Shown piece by piece: positions 50,401-62,645 of a DNA stretch of 64,000 bases. Every line of letters begins with the position of its first letter. The first letter of the stretch is position 1. Source of the stretch: Lama guanicoe. Its lineage: Eukaryota. Both the position numbers and the translations under genes were made by a program. The DNA is taken from contig MU053881.1 in assembly GCA_013239625.1 (NCBI GenBank), positions 16,236,373-16,300,372 on the forward strand. The letters are read 5' to 3'. The notes beneath the pieces are model-generated. The model had not been told where the DNA came from. It did not search any database and worked only from the letters and a program-made list of their open reading frames with translations.

Positions 50401-50454
50401 TACTCCTAAAATTGAAACGTGAATAATGCTTTATATACCACGAATAAACCAACC

Positions 50455-50745
50455 AAGACCTGCCACCTGCTTTTGTCCCACGTCACAAGCAAGCTCAGAG
50501 TGATTTTTACAATTTTAAAAGTTGGGGAAAATCCAGGAAACAAGACTATTCCGCGACACGTGAAAAATGTATGAAATTCAAATTTCAGTGTTTGTGAAAT
50601 AAAGTCTTACTGGAACGCAGTCACGCCTACTTGTTTATCTATCATCTCTGGCTATTTTTGCACTACAACAGCCGGTGAATAGCTGCGACGGATACTAAGA
50701 TCTACACAGTCTGATGTATTTACTGAAAAATGTTGTGGACCCCAG
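50455..50745. mobile_element. MER58B-like element just upstream of the SIN3B promoter
   Basis: gacacgtgaaaaatgtatgaaattcaaatttcagtg..aaataaagtcttactggaacgcagtcacgc. Confidence 0.75.
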
Positions 50746-51498
50746 CTTTAAAGGGTTGATGTGACAACTGTGTATGGCCACACAGCACCCTGTAGGGCCC
50801 TGCGGTGAACTTCTGCTAAATTGCTCTTGATTAGTTCTGCTCCTCCTATCTTCACTTCTCTAGTCCTGACCCCATCAGTTCCCCACTGGATCAGTTCAGG
50901 AGCCTCTTAACCAGTTTTTCCAGTCCCAGGGCTATCAAGAACTGAGATCATTCCACAGCTGTTTTCAAACCCAAGGTCTTCCTTTTTTTGGTAAGTAGAA
51001 TCCAAGCACCTACCTGCAGCATTGAAGGCAGTAAGAACTTGGCCCTTACAAACCTTTTCTTGGCAGAATTTTCCACCCAGGCAAGCTGTCCTCTATCTGT
51101 ACAGCGCCTCCTGACAGTGCCTGCCTAGCCTGGCTGCTTCCTGGCCCTGTGCATTGGCACATACCATTTCCTTTGCCAGAAGCCCTGCTCTATCTCTTCA
51201 TTACACAGAAAACACCCTACACATCCTTCAAACTACAACCAAGATGTCCTGTCTTTCAAGAAGCTACGCTCCTCTGCCAGAGACAGACCGCTTCTCTGCC
51301 ATCTCACAGTCCCTTGTACACCATCTTCATTTGGTATCTCTTTTTGTATGTGAAGAGGTGCAGGAAAGCTGAGAAAACATTGGCAATGAGTGCATCATTT
51401 GCTAGTGGTCAGGAGTAGAATGGTGAACAAAATCTACAAGGCTTTTCTCTCTCAGAGCCATCAGTCCTTCAAGAAGGATACCAATCAATCACATATGC

Positions 51499-51592
51499 AG
51501 AGGGAGGGTATAGCTCAGTGGTAGAATGCATGCTTAGCATGCAGGAGGTCCTGGGTTCAATCCCCAGTAATCTCCATTAAAAATAAGTAAAT
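51499..51592 (+). mobile_element. tRNA-Ala-derived SINE (camelid vic-1-like)
   Basis: gggagggtatagctcagtggtagaatgcatgcttagcatgcaggaggtcctgggttcaatcccc. TSD aatcacatat at 51487-51496 and 51593-51602. Confidence 0.9.
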
Positions 51593-51659
51593 AATCACAT
51601 ATTGAAATATAAAGTTTCAGCTGTAACAGATACTTCAAATAGAAGGTGCAAGTGTAATA

Positions 51660-52815
51660 GTTACTCTGTTCCAGTTACTATGGCTGTATAAGAAGCCATC
51701 TCAAGATTTTAAGGTTTACAATGGCAAGAACATTTATTTCGCTCTCCAATCTGCAACTTGGGCAGACTTGGCAAGGATAGCTCATCCCTGGCCCTTCAGT
51801 GTCAGCTGAGTGGCTGGAAGGCTGAGGCTCGAATCCTCTGAAGATTTACTCACATGTCCATCAGTTGCTTCTGGCTGTAGGTTGAGGCTGTTGCTAGGGC
51901 TGTTGCCAAGAATACCTACATGTGACCTCCTTATGCAGCCTGAGATTCCTTACAATATGGCAGCTGAGTCCCAAGACCAGTAATCCTGAGAGGAGCAAGT
52001 TAGCCAGGTGGAAGCCTTGTAGCCTTTTTCTGATCCACCCTTGCAAGTCACACAGACTCAAAAGTCCCTCCCAAATTCAAGAAAAAGACAAACAGCCCCC
52101 AGAACCTGGGAAGTAGCCAGATTCTGCAATAACATGGGGGATAGGAAATAATGCTATGACCATTTTTGGACAGTATCTTCTGTCACCCAAGGGACTTAAC
52201 CCAGTCTGGCAGGGGATGAGAAAGTCTTTCAAGAGGAGGTGGCATTCTAGTTGAGTTTTGAAGTATGTGTAGGTGTTCACTATGAAAGTCAGAGGGACTG
52301 GCTGTGCAAAGGCCCTGTGGTGAGAAAGAGTGTGGCACATTTGAAGAACTAAAAAAAAAGAAAAAAAAGACCGGTGTTCTTGTACTGCAGAGGAATTGGA
52401 GGGAGAGAGAAGGTGGTGCAGAATAAGAGTGGAGAGGACAGAAGGGGCTGGCCACTTATTCTTATGGGATAAGGAATGACTTAAGGCTTCCGGTCTTGAC
52501 ATTTAGTACTGGTAGAAACTGCGTATGGGTTCTAAGCAAGGAGCTGTTAGAGCAGCTTTGAAATTGGAAGCAAATGTTCTGACTACTACTCTGCAGAGAA
52601 GTGATTGGAGGGGAGCCAGGGAAGATGCAGGGAGGCTGTTTCAGTGTTTCGTCAGGCAAGGATGATGGTGACTTAGGCCAGGATGGGAGCAGTTGAGGTG
52701 GAGAGAAAGGGGTGGAAGGAAGTGATATTCAGAAGGTACAGTAAAGAGGGCGTGGCGCCAGGTGGATATAGGGATGAGGGGGAAAGAAGCATCAAGGATT
52801 CATGGCTCCCAGCCC
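51660..52815. mobile_element. Old MLT1-type LTR (51660-52130, minus strand) followed by an L2 fragment (52190-52815, plus strand)
   Basis: LTR part: cagttactatggctgtataagaagccatctcaa... L2 part: tgtgcaaaggccctgtggtgagaaagag..gatgatggtgacttaggccagg. Confidence 0.65.
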
Positions 52816-53254
52816 ACAAGGAAATTCTGTTCACTTTCAGTGTATTCCTGTCTGAACCAGACTCTGAGGCCACCAGAATCTGGGCAGTCTTTTTCACAAC
52901 AACACCTCCCGGCAACAATCGGCATGTGTGGGCTTCTGATATGCCATGGAGTCCTCACACAATGCTCCTCTCCCACAAGCATCACTTTCACTATTCCATT
53001 CTTTTAATAGGTCTCATAGAGTCAGAGGAAATCCTCACTCATTTGGAGAACAGGCAACCACAAACCAATCCCACCTCGGGTGTGTATGAGTTCTGAAGGA
53101 TGCATGGATTCAGGTATGCATGTGTGTGAGTGCATGTGTTCAACATGTGGCCAATTGTATACGTACATCTTTTCATTTTTATTTTTATAAAGCCTAAAAA
53201 GTTGCTAAGCTGATTTTTTTCTTTACCATTCTCGTCTACACAGATTAAATTGAA

Positions 53255-53445
53255 ATCCTCATAGATAAACAACAAGGACCTACTGTATAGCACAGGGAAC
53301 TGTATTCAACATCTTGTAATAACCTATAATGGAAAAGAATCTGAAAAAGAATAAACACACACATACACATAAATGAATTCACTTTGCTGTAGGCCAGAAA
53401 CTAATACAACATCGTAAATAAACTGTACTTCAATAAAAAATTTTA
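53255..53445 (+). mobile_element. Younger cetartiodactyl-type L1 3' end
   Basis: atagataaacaacaaggacctactgtatagcacagggaactgtattcaa..ctttgctgt..aactgtacttcaataaaaaa. Confidence 0.85.
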
Positions 53446-53721
53446 AATCGTTTGTATAAAAGTAAAAAAATCCTTAAACATTTTTTTAAAGTAGAAGAAA
53501 ATGAAAACCTTAATGTTGACTGTTTAGATAGACAGTTCAGATAAAATTGGAACATAAATTTCCTTACCATTTGTCTAATTTAGTGGCATTAAGATAAGAT
53601 TCTTTGATAGGTCTTGGGTTGGGTAGTGTTTTGGCAAGGTTAAGAAGACAAGATCAAATGATCCTATTTTGAATAAATCTAAGTCTTCTCAGGTGGCAAA
53701 CTTTAGGACTAAAATCTCTAG

Positions 53722-54395
53722 TGTTGTGGCAGAATTCTAAGGTTGCCAGAGATTCTCACGCCCTGGTATGAGCAACTTGACTTATCTCCCATCCTGGAGT
53801 ATGGGTGGGCCTGGGAACATAGTGGATGTCATGCCTACATTTAGGTGATGCTACATGGCCAAGGTGAAGGGAATTTGCAGGTGTATTTAAGGTCCCAAGT
53901 GAGTTGATTTTGAATTCATCAGAAGGCAGATTATTCCTGATGGGCCTGACCTAATCAGTGGCACCCTTTAAAAGATACTCTGTGGGGGGAAGGTATAGCT
54001 CAGTGGTAGAGTGCACGCTTAGCATGCATGGGTCCTGCGTTCGATCTCCAATACCTCCATTAAAACTAACAAACAAACCTAGTTGCCTCCCCCCTCCCCA
54101 AATTAATTAATTTAAAAAAAAAGATAATCTGGAGGTCGGAGCCTTGAAGCAGCAGAGAGGTGTGATGATGCTGGCCTTGAAGGAAGAACCAGCCACATAA
54201 CTGCTTATGGACCAGGGCTCTGAGCCTCTCAGTGAGATCTCAGCCTGGCTGACACCTTGTGGGACCCTGAACAGAGAACCCAGCCACACTGTGCCCAGAC
54301 TCCTGACCCACAGCTACAGTGAGAGAATGAATGACTGTTAGTCTCAGCTGCTAAATTTGTGGTAATTTGTGGGGCAGAAACTGATAACTAATTAC
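53722..54395 (+). mobile_element. MaLR LTR (MLT1E-like) interrupted by a SINE
   Basis: tgtggcagaattctaagg..gggaatttgcaggtgtatttaagg..cagcctggctgacaccttg..gctaaatttgtggtaatttgt. Confidence 0.75.
53984..54118 (+). mobile_element. tRNA-Ala-derived SINE (camelid vic-1-like)
   Basis: gggaaggtatagctcagtggtagagtgcacgcttagcatgcat. TSD aaaagatactctg / aaaagataatctg. Confidence 0.9.
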
Positions 54396-54509
54396 CAGGA
54401 AGTAGTCTTATTACAGCCGTTTACCCTGTGATGATGAGGTGCCAATGCTGGTTCTTCAAGTGGAATCAATGTACCACTCTGGTGGGGTATGTTGACAATG
54501 GGGGTGGGT

Positions 54510-54608
54510 CAAGGGTACAGCTCAGTGGTAGAGTGCCTGCTTAGCATGCACGGGGTCCTGGGTTCAATACCCAGTACCTCCATTAAAAAAAAAATAAATG
54601 AATAAACA
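54510..54608 (+). mobile_element. tRNA-Ala-derived SINE inserted in an L1M fragment
   Basis: gggtacagctcagtggtagagtgcctgcttagcatgcacggggtcctgggttcaatacccagtacctcca followed by an A-rich tail. Confidence 0.9.
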
Positions 54609-54791
54609 GATAATGGAGGAAATGACACATGTGTAGGGGCAGGGGATATATGAGAAATCTCTGTACCTTTCACTCAATTTTACTGTGAACCTAAAAATCA
54701 CTCCTGAAAATAGTCTATTTTTAAAAAATCTACCCTAAAAAAAGAAAAGAAAAAAAAAACACTACCCTAAATCTAATCAAGCCTTTTAAGA

Positions 54792-55140
54792 CAAGGGTTG
54801 GCAGATTGTAAATATTTTATATTTTAAACAAATAAATAACTATATAATAAAAGATAAAAATAATATTATAAATGTTATATGCAATATAAAGATATATCAT
54901 GTTTGTTATATAATATATAATATAGGCAATATTAATATGTATAGTGTAAATGTAAGTATATATAATATAAATAAATATAAAGGGCCAGATTGTAAATATT
55001 TTTGGCTTTGGAGCCATACATGCTCTGTCACTGTAGTATGAAAACAGCCATAGGTAATATGTGAATGAACAGGTATGGCTGGGTTCCAATAAAACTTTAT
55101 CTATAAAAACAGATGCATGGACGTGGTTTGCTGACTCTTA
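54792..55140 (+). mobile_element. MER58A with an internal AT-rich expansion
   Basis: caagggttggcag..aagggccagattgtaaatattttt..gttccaataaaactttat..gtttgctgactc. Confidence 0.75.
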
Positions 55141-55399
55141 CTCAAGAATATATAAGACCGAAGAGACAAAACAACCAAATGTAGTGCAACGCGTGAACCA
55201 ATCGTGATTGGGTCCTAGTTTGAAAGAAACAGCTAGTTGGGAATGTTTTAGCACTAATTAGGAAAGTTGGGGATGCGTATGGAAAGCTTTAAATAATGAC
55301 TGTTAGTTTTGGTAGGTGTGTGGGGTTATATAGGAGAATGACCTTAATCCTTAAAGATGCCTCCTGAGGTTATTTAGGGGGTAAAGGGTCTTAAAATCT

Positions 55400-55643
55400 C
55401 CAGGACTGCAATAAGGGAGGGGTGAGTGAGGAAAGTGTGCAAATGCAAGGTCAGATCCTGTTTTTATTTAAAATGTTGATATTTTGTTCATCATGCATTT
55501 TTATTCATTTTGATTTAAAAAGTATGGTAATACAATGTTTATCCTGAAGATGAGGGTTTTTGGTTTTTTTTTTTTTTTTGGTGCCTCTTAAATTTTGTGT
55601 CTGAGTTGAGTGACCCACTCTTCTCACCATAGTCCCAGCCCTG
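55400..55643 (+). mobile_element. hAT MITE (MER96B-like), copy 1
   Basis: Same family as 61565-61800: gatcctgtttttatttaaaatgttgatattttgttcatcatg..ctcaccatagtcccagccctg. Confidence 0.6.
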
Positions 55644-56204
55644 ATCTTGAACTGATTTAGCAGGAGATTGGCAGTGACAGGGCAATTGGGGAATCTCGAG
55701 AGTGAGTAACTGTGTTTTTTGTCCTCAATATTGTAACTTTGCTGTGGGTTTGAATATTTTTAAGCTTTTAAGTCAACAAATTTAAAAATCTCTAGAATTT
55801 AAAAATAAAGTTAAAGTTAAAAAAAACCCAAATTCATAGATACAGAAAACAGTATGGTATTTGCCAGAGGCAGGGTGTGGGTGTGTATGTGTGTGTGTGT
55901 GAAATGGGTGTAGTTGGTCAAAAGGTACATTTCTAGGGGGAGGGACTGGGGAATGTAAGAGCTGTTTGGGTGACCAGCTGTCCTGATTTGCCAGTGACAG
56001 AAGGGCTATCAGGACATAGGATTCTCACTTTTAGCTGGGATAGTCCTTAGTACACAGGGTCACTGTGACCACCCTACTTCTGATTTTTCCTTTATGCCCT
56101 TATTCTTCTGTTCTATTTGATTTGCTTACCATGAATGTGTATTATTATTATTTAAGTATTCACCTAATAAAGGAGTGGATTTCTCCCCCCACCCCCCAAA
56201 AAAG

Positions 56205-56432
56205 TTGTAAGATAAATAAGTCCTGGAGATGTAATGTACAACATGGTGACCATAGTTAATACTATGTACTGTATATTCGAAAGTTCTTATCACAAGAAAA
56301 AAAATGGTAACCATGTGTAGTGATGGATGTCAACCAGACTTATTGTGATCATTACACAATACATACAAATATTGTATCATTATGTTATATGCCTGAAACT
56401 GATATGTCATACGTCACTTATATCTCAATTTA
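56205..56432 (+). mobile_element. L1MA-type 3' end
   Basis: aagataaataagtcctggagatgtaatgtacaacatggtgaccatagttaata..ttatatctcaat. Confidence 0.8.
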
Positions 56433-56775
56433 AAGAGTCTCAAGAATTTAACATAAATGAATTCATGCTGTAGCTAGAGGGGCTCTATATTCCACTTGTC
56501 TTGGGACAGTCCAGTTGATTGAAGTTGTCTCGGAATAATTGTTAAGAGCTCTCCCTTTCACTCTCAAAAATGTCCCAGTTTGGATAGTATGTCAGTACAG
56601 TCCTGTTAGCACAATAACCATGCTCTTACCCTGTCTCCATCAGGGCTGGGAGATCTCAGGCAAGTCACTCCACAGCAAAGCATGGTGCTTGTCAAACAGT
56701 CATAGCTACCAAACTCCTTCTCAAATGAAAACTCACTACAAACACCCCAACGTAAGCAACAGTTCAGAGTAGACT

Positions 56776-56781
56776 TTTATT
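56776..56781 (-). terminator. Probable NWD1 poly(A) signal AATAAA
   Basis: tttatt on +, followed on the minus strand by a GU-rich element (tgttgcttacgttggggtgtttgt). Lies about 2.1 kb past the stop codon. Confidence 0.6.
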
Positions 56782-57053
56782 AGTAAAAATGTCTCTCCTA
56801 TGTTCAAATTCATATTTACGTACAAAGCAATTGTACACACATTTTAAGCCAGAAGTTGTAACTGAAATCATACTCAATCACATCCACTTTATCTCTGCGT
56901 TGGCTAACTCCCTGATTCATAGAGACGTGGTGGCAAAGAGTGGCTGTTTTTTTCGAGGGCTCCCCTCACAATCTAAGTTAAATGCAGACGGCAGGAGAAC
57001 CCTACGTTAGTTATCTCCAACACCTTAAAACCTGCTGCCCAGCGTGCACTTTA

Positions 57054-57238
57054 TTTTTTTTTAATTGTTGTTTTTATTTATTTATTTATTTATTTGTTTT
57101 TGTTTTTGTCAGGGGGAAGTAATTAGGTTTATTTGTTTAATTATTATTTTTATGTTTAATGGAGGTACTGGGGATTGAACCCAGGACCTCGTGCGTGCTA
57201 AGCCTGCACTCTGCCACTTGATCTAGGTACCCTCCCCC
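57054..57238 (-). mobile_element. tRNA-Ala-derived SINE in the NWD1 3'UTR (sense orientation)
   Basis: ggaggtactggggattgaacccaggacctcgtgcgtgctaagc..taccctccccc. TSD gtgcacttta at 57044-57053 and 57242-57251. Confidence 0.9.
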
Positions 57239-58844
57239 AATGTGCACTTTAAATTTAAAGTTTAAAATATTTTTAAAAATGGAATTTGATGCTAAAATTT
57301 GCAGAACTACCAAAGCCCTCCTTGGAACCCTAGTTTGAGAAATGACCGTCAGTAGGGTCACATCCAGCTCAAAAGCCTCTATTTCTAAGGTTGCTTTTTC
57401 TAAAACTCTATCTGGAATTCCGAAGAAGGGGAAAAGGAATAGCACCTTGAAGGTTTGAACTCTCCTATCCTTATAGCAGAAGTCCCAGAAGCAAGTGGGG
57501 CTTGTAGAAGGCTGCAGGCAAAGAAGAAAGAGCCATTTAAGCAGAACGGAAACAGCTGGACTGTTGAATTTGCACAAGGTGGACATGGTCCAAAAGCATG
57601 GCAGGGAGATTTCGGCAACTCTTCCCATCTGCTTCCAAGAGCCTCCAGTTTTTAAGATAAAAAGCATCTTGATCCTCCAAGTTTGGGAGCCAGGGAGTAG
57701 AGATGGAAGAATGATAACAGGTTTCCTGTTTTAATGCCAGCCTGGGTCATGAGTCAGCTCACGAACTAGAGACACACTGGCCAAATGTGCCTCTAGATGT
57801 AAATCTGAGCCAATCACCGGCTTTAAAAAAAAAAGTGGTGGGGGAACATTTCTCATAAAAGTCTGGATTTCTGGCTTTACTTACGACAACAGGAAGCTCT
57901 GGCACCAGGATGCTTTCCCTGTGGCGGATCTGAGGAAGAGTCAGGTTACCCATGTCCACCCAAGACAGAGCAGTGCCCTGTTCCTATTGTCACCATCACT
58001 CTCTGCTGCCCACCCAGGTGCACAGCAATCATCTAGATTACTCACTGGCCCCTAGGAGCATCTGAGTGTGGTGCCCGTGGAATAGATGGTCATGCTTCTG
58101 AGTCTAAAATCGGAGCGAGGTGGTCCAACAAGGATTGGGATGGGGAGGCTCTGGGCTCTTATTTCTCAGAGCTCTTGCACCTCAGGCTCGTGACTTTGAG
58201 CGAATCACAGCTACCTCTGCAACGTTCAGTTCCCTTGTCTATAAAATGGACACAGAAACTCCTGCCCTCCCTGAAGTGTGGGCTGTGAGAAGGATCAGGC
58301 AATAGCATCTGGCGCTTCATAAACTGAAAAACTCTGTGGTCCACATTTGTGGTTTGGTTGGTTTCACATCCATCTTTCCCCCTTTGGCCTCCAGATACCA
58401 GCACTCCAGTTTCCCCTCCAGGAATAGCCTCTCCCATTCTCAGTCCACAAAGTTGGGCGGTGTTGACTCCATCCTCAGCCCTAATGGGAACTGGATCAGG
58501 CCCGCCAATCAGAGTATTGCATTCTCCCCAGAGATAGCTTTGTGTTCCAGGATGGGTGTATAAGCCAACTGGAGCTAACAGACTCAGAGCCAGGACTTTG
58601 GTTCAAACTGTTGGGTAAGGGAAACTCTCTTTTCTACTGAACTTGGCTGTCATGTTGTTAACCTGGGGATGGAAGGTCTGTGAATGGAGCTGACAAGGAG
58701 GAGAGAAGACTGGAATGATGGTGGGAAGCAAGGTCTGGGTCACATAATTGGAGGCTTTGGGTCCAGATATACATCAACACATTCATTCCCTTTTCTTCAG
58801 CCAGATCGAATGGGGTGAACCTCACTGGAGCCCATGGGGGGTTT

Positions 58845-61800
58845 CTACACTAGCAGGCAGACTTGTGAGCGTTTGTTTGATTTGGATTCGTTTCCCTGGG
58901 CACTCCCTGATCTCGAGTCCTGGAGTGCTCCTGCAGCAGCTGCCAGCTCTTCTCTCTGCCTGGATTTGACCATCCACACTGCCTTCTTGAAGTTCTTGAG
59001 AGGGTCCTGTTGTGAGATTCTTGATGAAGGGCACTGGAAACGTTCACGGATGAGATAGCCGTGTCTGCTGGGGGCAATGAAGCCATTGGAGGTTGAGATG
59101 ATTCTGTTCACCACGGCATGGACAAACTGGACCGCCAGCAGTGCGCCTGTGGAGGGAGGGGGAGGAGGGGAAGGCACAAACGATAAAAAGGGGGCCGCAG
59201 ATATCTAATCTCGCATATTCAAGAGTTAGCTGCATGGGGCCAAATCCCTGCTATGCCCCTTACTAGCTTAGGCATGATATCCAACCTCTCAGAGTCCCTC
59301 TTGCTCCATCTGCAACATGGGAATGATAACTTAACCTCCCTGCTGAGGGGAATTCTGAAGATGTCATGCATGTCAGGTGCTAAGTATCAGTTTCAGCCTA
59401 GAGCGAACTGAGTAAATATCATTTTTATTGGAGGAGGAGTAGGAAGAGAGGTTGTGAACCTGCCCAGGATGGGCTTCTCGGCCACAATTCACAGACCTCA
59501 CCTTCTTAGCCATCTGTGACTTTTAGCCAGGCACCTTTGTTACCAGGTTTGGGCTGAGGATTCTTGGGCTCCTCGGTTACACACCAGAATGTAATGGTGA
59601 GGGATAGCCAGCCCCCAGCTGTTTGTAGCTTGCCCCTTCTCTTTCACATCCAGCTCCATCCTACACCCCTAGGGACTTCAGATACATACATGTGAACCCC
59701 CACCCAGCTCACACATCCAGACTCCATGCACACTACTCTTTGGCCACCCTCTGAGCTTGGGGGTGTGCACACTGTGGACACAGCCCACTTTCAGAAGGAT
59801 AGATCTGGGGAAGAGGCCTACACACCTGAAAGAGGACTCTGAGCCAGATGGGGAGGGTGTTCTGGAGTTCTGCGTACCCAGAGCATGGGTCTAGAAGAGG
59901 AAGTATAGCTCCAATTGGGCCTGTTCCTGGGACTGCAGATACCTCCCTAAGAGGAGGGACCCAGCTAGGGGAGGACAGAGCAGGGCCCTGTAACAGCCAG
60001 GACCCAGAACAGGGCCCTTCATTGTCAGATCTAAGCTCAGTCCTACCCTCAAAGCAAAAAGACTCACCATCCAGCACACTCCAGACGATTATGGAGCGAT
60101 CCTTCAAGCCTGCATAGACATACTTGTCATCCTTGGAGAAGCAAGCACATTGGACTCCTCTGCAGTAAGAATTCTGTTGAAAAAGGCAACGTGAGCTTGA
60201 TTTCAGACCGAAAGACTCCCAGGAGTCCAGCCCCAAGGCGTGTGTGTAGGAAGCCAGACTTGTAAGCACCCCTCGGGGAGATGGATCAAGTTAAAATCTT
60301 GAGAGATGGGTAGCACTGATATTCCCAGGACCAAAACATATCGTCAGAGAGATTGGATTGAGAGAGTTAGTGACATTTTGCATTGGAGAGTGGGAATTAC
60401 GGGATTTAATTTCACCAGTGAGCTCGGTTATACAAGTATTAGCTCCAATTGTGTTTAATGAAAAGCTAGATGCTAAATGCAATTTGGGATCCTAGATTAG
60501 ATCCTAGGCAGAAGAAGTTAATTCATTGAAAAGCGTACAATCCCAATAAAATTGATAGTGAACAATAGTGTTCCCATGTTACATTCTTAGTTTTAGCAGA
60601 TGTACTCCAGTTAGTATATCTAGTCTAAGATGTTAACATCGGGGGACCTGGTGAGTGGCGAGTAGGTGGAAACCTTTGTACTATCTTTGCAATTTTTCTG
60701 TAAATCTAATATTGTTCCAAAGTTAAGTTTTTTTTTTAAGCTATGTATTTAACTGCTGTGGTGACAGTTCTCATCTCAAAAAGGCAAACGATTAATTACC
60801 TCTCAGTTTTATAGTGGCTTCATAAAAAAGAGTAAGTCAGGTGGGATGAAGGCTTTTTAAGATCAAACTACACATATTCTGTTCACTTAGTTACAAGATT
60901 GTCTCCCTTAGTTTATTAACAATTTTTATATCTTGCAATCTAAAATGCTGATCTTTGTTTTGCATCTGAGAAACTGGAATAATAGCATCAATTTTACAAG
61001 ACTGTTGTGAGGATTAAATTGTAGAATGATATTTTAATATGTTTATTTTTCATAATATATAGTGTGAGTATGTAAACATACAATATAGCTCTTAATCACA
61101 ATGATACAAGAATTATAATAACTCCTTAAGAGATGAATAGTGCAAACTCTTAGTATGCAAAGGAGTCACCAGTTTCCCTTCTCAGAACCTTCACAGCTGC
61201 TGTTCCTTCTACCTACAATGCTGTTCCACCAGACTTCCTTGGCCTTCTTAAATAGCAGCCCTTGCCACTCTCTACCCCCTCTGTCTTACCCTATTTTTCT
61301 TCAAACACTTGTTGCACCCCAACTCATCATATATTTGTTGCTTTGTTTTTATTTCACAAAACATTTATCAGGCAAGTCTCCTAGGGACTTGGGCCATCTC
61401 AGTGAACAAAGCCCACAAAAATCCTGCCTTCACGGAGCTCAGTGTCTCCTCCACTAGAACATGGCTCCGAGATGTGAGATACCCTGTTCATAGCTCCTTC
61501 CTCAGCACTAGAAAGAAGCCTGGCATAAGTTGGACCATCCAAACCTTTGGGTGAAAGAATGGCCAGTCAGGATTAGGGTGAGGAGAGTGAGGCAAGGCTG
61601 TGCCAGGGAAGGATTTGGACCTTGCCTTTATTTTAAAGGTTGATGTTTTGTTCTTCATAGATTTTTCGGATTTATTTTGATTTTTTTAAAACATCACGCT
61701 AAAATATGATTTCTCTGGATTGACGAGTTTTTTGGCACCCCCTAAAACTCTGCTCTGGAGGTGAGGACCTCTCATTTGACTCACCCTAGTCCTGACCCTG

Positions 61801-62446
61801 GTCAGTGGGACATGGTGGGCACTTAATAAATGATGCCTGTCATCAGTGTCTTAACGCCAGGGCCTAGCATGCACGTGGTGTGGCAGGCCACGCACCGTGT
61901 AGCTCATCTCGAATTTCCACTTGCACGCCTGCAGGTCCCAGAGACACAGAAGGGCTTCTTCGGACCCACTGACTGCTAGCTGCTCCTTGTGGCTGACCTC
62001 CACGCAGGTGACTCGGCTCCCGTGGGCCTCCAGTGGGAACACCTTGGAATTCGCACACTCGTAAAGGAAGAGGTCCCCATTGGTCATGCCGTAGATCACG
62101 CGGTAGTCAGCCAGAACGGCCACGCTGGCGATGGTGTCGGGCAGCTGGGTATAGAAGGTGTATGTTGGCCCGTCAATGACCGGACAGGGGTCCCCAGGGC
62201 TGATGTCCAGCACCAGGACCATGCTGTCATAGGCGATGGCCAGGTGCCCTTCGTCCTTACTAAGGGCCATGCAGTTGATGGCTTTCCGGGCCTCTGGAGG
62301 GGGGATGCACATCACATCCTGTCTGGAATTCAGGGGGAACACCAGGACGATCCCAGAAACGAGGCCCGTGAAAAGGAGATTGGCCTGTTCCGCGACCTCC
62401 AGGCACCTGACCTCATTGGAGGTGTCCAGGACATCTTGCTCCTCAC
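58845..62446 (-). CDS. NWD1: NACHT and WD repeat domain-containing protein 1, last three coding exons (WD40 repeats and C-terminus); 5' part lies outside the window
   Basis: Exons 62446-61896, 60173-60068 and 59146-58845 are GT-AG and phase-consistent. WD40 signatures: AHGSRVTCVEVS..AVSGSEEALLCLWD and YAGLKDRSIIVWS. Ends SQVCLLV*. Position upstream of SIN3B matches known synteny. Confidence 0.92.
61565..61800 (+). mobile_element. hAT MITE (MER96B-like), copy 2
   Basis: Terminal inverted repeats caggattagggtgag / ctcaccctagtcctg; internal similarity to 55400-55643. Confidence 0.65.
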
Positions 62447-62485
62447 CTGTCATGGGGAGAAAACCACATCAAGAACAGATCATGG

Positions 62486-62645
62486 AGGGTGGGGAGGGTG
62501 TAACTCAGAGGTAGAGCACATGCTTAGCGTGCACAGGGTCCTGGGTTCAATCCCCAGTACCTGCATTAAAAAAATACAAACAAACAAACAAACAAACAAA
62601 TAAGTAAATCGAATTACCTCCCTATCCTCCCCCTCCCCCCAAAAA
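62486..62645 (+). mobile_element. tRNA-Ala-derived SINE (camelid vic-1-like)
   Basis: ggggagggtgtaactcagaggtagagcacatgcttagcgtgcacagggtcctgggttcaatcccc with a (CAAA)n tail. Perfect 15-bp TSD aagaacagatcatgg at 62471-62485 and 62646-62660. Confidence 0.92.

Noticed and set aside
51499..51577. tRNA-Ala(AGC)-like sequences (this copy and six others)
   Set aside because: A-rich tails, TSDs, stem mismatches and a 5' extension show they are SINE copies, not tRNA genes.
57137..57667. 176-aa sense ORF in the NWD1 3'UTR as a possible alternative last exon
   Set aside because: I found no convincing AG acceptor in front of the best segment (DFCYKDRRV...), and the ORF ends inside a SINE. A weak recollection of a similar human alternative C-terminus could not be verified.
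61989..62603. 204-aa + strand ORF
   Set aside because: It is antisense to the NWD1 exon and runs into a SINE.
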